In this document: positions 61,518-64,000 of the stretch, in pieces | How the letters are laid out: every line of letters starts with the position of its first letter | Position numbering within the stretch: position 1 is the stretch's first letter | Assembly (NCBI GenBank): GCA_965644295.1 | Contig: CBFFRP010000413.1 | Coordinates: 42,520 to 106,519 of the forward strand | Direction: 5' to 3' | Length of the DNA stretch: 64,000 nt | Source of the DNA: Paraphysomonas bandaiensis | Lineage: Eukaryota > Protista > Chrysophyceae | Notes under the pieces: generated by a model | Database searches by the model: none | The model's input: only the letters and a program-made list of their open reading frames with translations | Told to the model about the DNA's origin: nothing | Translations under genes and position numbers: made by a program

Positions 61518-62118
61518 CCTTCAACAAAGTCACACTCGCACCTTTTCATAGTGCTATGGGAGATAAGTACCGGAGAAATATCTCCGGGAAACTAACATGA
61601 ACCGCAAAAGTAGGCAGCAGATAACGTTTTCCCATTCAAACCCTTGTGTGGTACAAGGTACACCAATATAAGTGTCACTTGTGTGACGTCTTTGCGTCTT
61701 GACGAATAAACAGGCATCCGGGAATGGGCCCACCTCAAGGGCATCCGGGACTGGACCCATCTGAAGTGTAGTCAGGGCATTGGGCTGCCTCTATATAGTG
61801 TCTGATTATTTAGCGGTAGGCATGTAAGTGTTAAAACTAAACAGAAATCTACCTAGTACTTAATACTAATCTATCTATTAGACGCTACGGAAGGCTGCTT
61901 GTGCGTAACCTCAAGCAAGAAGGTGCGACCACTTTCACTCTATCACTCAAAGAAAACACAGTGAGCAAGCAGAATGTTGATATATCTGACATCTGCTAAT
62001 CTCAGGATTTTTGAGTCCTTAAGAAGGTGACCAGCCCGGATACCTGTTTTCAGCAGGTATCCCAAACCCCAGATGCCCATGAGGTGGGCCCATTTCGGAA
62101 TACCTGTTTATTCGTCAA
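61518..62118. mobile_element. Two convergent partial SINE-like copies
   Basis: 61518-61790 is a family 5' half on plus. 61791-62118 is a 3' portion on minus. They abut directly. Confidence 0.8.
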
Positions 62119-62298
62119 GATAGCATACAGGTGATCTTAATTTAACCGGATTTTATAAAAAAGCGGAGATGTAATGATTGGAACACTGATGTTACCTTTA
62201 CTAAATTTCGATGGTGATGGGTAATCAATGTTGAATGATATTCAAAGCAGAGAGATCGTTTAAAGACAGGTACATGGAATAGTACAGCAAAAACAACA

Positions 62299-62579
62299 TA
62301 ACAGAAGTTGACATTATTTGCTAAGGTTTACTATTCTCAACTGATAAGATGAAATTATAAACATTACATGATAAAGAACCTAAGTTGTGTTCGATGTGTT
62401 CAACACCATTCATTTACTACTATAGTGTACAAACCACCCACTCAGTGATCGTATCCTGTATAGTCATCCACTTCTACTTCAGTTTCATACTACATAATAT
62501 AATGTACTAATTACATATATATCTTTCGATCCTTGCATCTCACATAATACTGCACTCAATTGCAAGTATATAGAATCTT
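62299..62579 (-). mobile_element. Solo LTR of the Copia element 2 family lacking its first 12 bp
   Basis: Reverse complement of 19522-19802 with no difference seen. No PBS or internal sequence adjacent. Confidence 0.92.
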
Positions 62580-63437
62580 AAATAATATTTTGGGTAAATT
62601 ATTTCCTATATATACACCTCTGTATCAGTATCGTACCCGAGAAGTTATCTCAGTGCCAGATCGGTGTAAGATAGCTTGAACAAATGTTATCATTACCTTG
62701 GAAGCTAACTGAACTCATATTGGCGGTGAAGACATCTGAAATTTTTAATGCTTCTGCTTCTTAGCAGGTGATTGGGAGCTGGTTACTTTGGTTCAAGTTC
62801 TCGTGGTATGTATATTAGTAGGTTCTAAGTAGTAATTGCCGTTAATTTTTACTTCGTAAGATGTTAATGCGAATAACCATCTTATTTTAATTGAATACAT
62901 GCTTTGTGTCTTTCATAATTGATACAGATCTGCAATATTGCTGAGTTTTTGCCATTATTTCCTACTTTGCAATATATATGTCTGTGTTTATTGTTGTTGA
63001 GTATAGTACCTCTAGGTCGTATTGGTATTATACTTTTAGGTAGTACCTATAGGTAGTATTGATGCATGTAGGCGGTGCCTGTAGGTACATTTTAATATAA
63101 ATAGGGGGATACTTATCAGTAGGAAATGTAGAGGTTATAGATACCACCTATAGGAGGCGATTAGGCACGTGTATTAGTGCAATATCATATGTCGATATTG
63201 GCATCAGAAACTAATCCAACCATAAGTCCGACGCTCCTGACGTACGGCTCAGTTGAGGTAACCAGCCATTAGTGGATCATTTTCTTCCAGCAGCATTCTT
63301 AAGTACTGCAATAGCTGCACTTAACCCAGAACGTCTTTCGTAGGCGCTTCTTCCATAATATTCTATGCAGGTAGCACTAATATTCTATTTAGATAGATGG
63401 TAAATATCAAGATACAAAGCACCCTATATCTAGAGTG

Positions 63438-64000
63438 ACAATGATTGACATGTTTCAATACGTCATAATTACATCAATACGTATAGGGCACAGTGAGAAA
63501 GTAATATATCTTACATTCATATTAGTATATACATACTCAATTGACAATTGAAGTTATTCTTGCGTGGGTCTCTCCATTATCGAACTCTGAAGTGTCATTT
63601 TCGTCATATGCTCTGTATCATAGAATCAAAATTTCTAAATTAAATATTTTCACAACATAATTCAAGAACGTTATCCTAAGACTCCTCTGGTGTTACAGGA
63701 CAATCGAGTTCATACGGCTCCGCAGTATGCTGCACGTCAACAATGATTGACATGCTCCAACACAGTATCTTTATATACATCAATACGCACAGGACACTAT
63801 GAGAAAGTATCTATAAATGATACAATCATAGTAGTATTTACCAAATCAGAGAGGAGAATGACACTCAAGTGGAGTTATTCTTATGTGAGTCTCTCTGATG
63901 ATCAATATGGTATGCGTATATTCATATTCTCTGTTTCGAACCACTAAATTGAATATATTACAATATCATCCGATCGTATTACCTGAGAGCCCTCTGGTGT
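63438..64000. repeat. Diverged ~300-bp tandem repeat running off the window end
   Basis: CAATGATTGACATG, TACATCAATACG, TGAGAAAGTA, AGTTATTCTT and CCTCTGGTGT each recur about 300 bp apart. Confidence 0.6.

Noticed and set aside
62995-63160. Recurrent ACCTATAGGT-like palindromes
   Set aside because: Short, degenerate and without definable boundaries.

Overview
Eukaryotic nuclear DNA with compact genes, very short GT-AG introns (about 40-60 nt) and a flagellar DM10 gene. A flagellated stramenopile-like protist is my inference. Housekeeping genes: a WW-domain membrane protein, TAF8, a thioredoxin-like protein, an RRM/CCCH protein, a USP deubiquitinase with an N-terminal signal-like segment, DGAT2, aminopeptidase P, CNOT1, a tiny spliced dimerisation/docking-domain gene, an EFHC/Rib72-like gene and one large orphan gene. 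These alternate with transposon-rich blocks. Two full-length Ty1/Copia elements (8334-14068 minus; 19510-24802 plus) have apparently identical LTR pairs and 5-bp TSDs but non-TG..CA ends, a Ty1-like PBS directly abutting the LTR, and a shared extra ~60-aa module after integrase. Both sit inside the 3' part of one ~500-bp dispersed SINE-like retroposon family (variable 8-11 bp TSDs). That family repeatedly nests into itself in antisense, shares its 3' end with a probable LINE remnant, and starts with a sequence that can be folded as an HDV-like double pseudoknot. Several hAT-like, 8-bp-TSD and TA-TSD DNA transposon relics are also present. All alignments and folds were done by eye.
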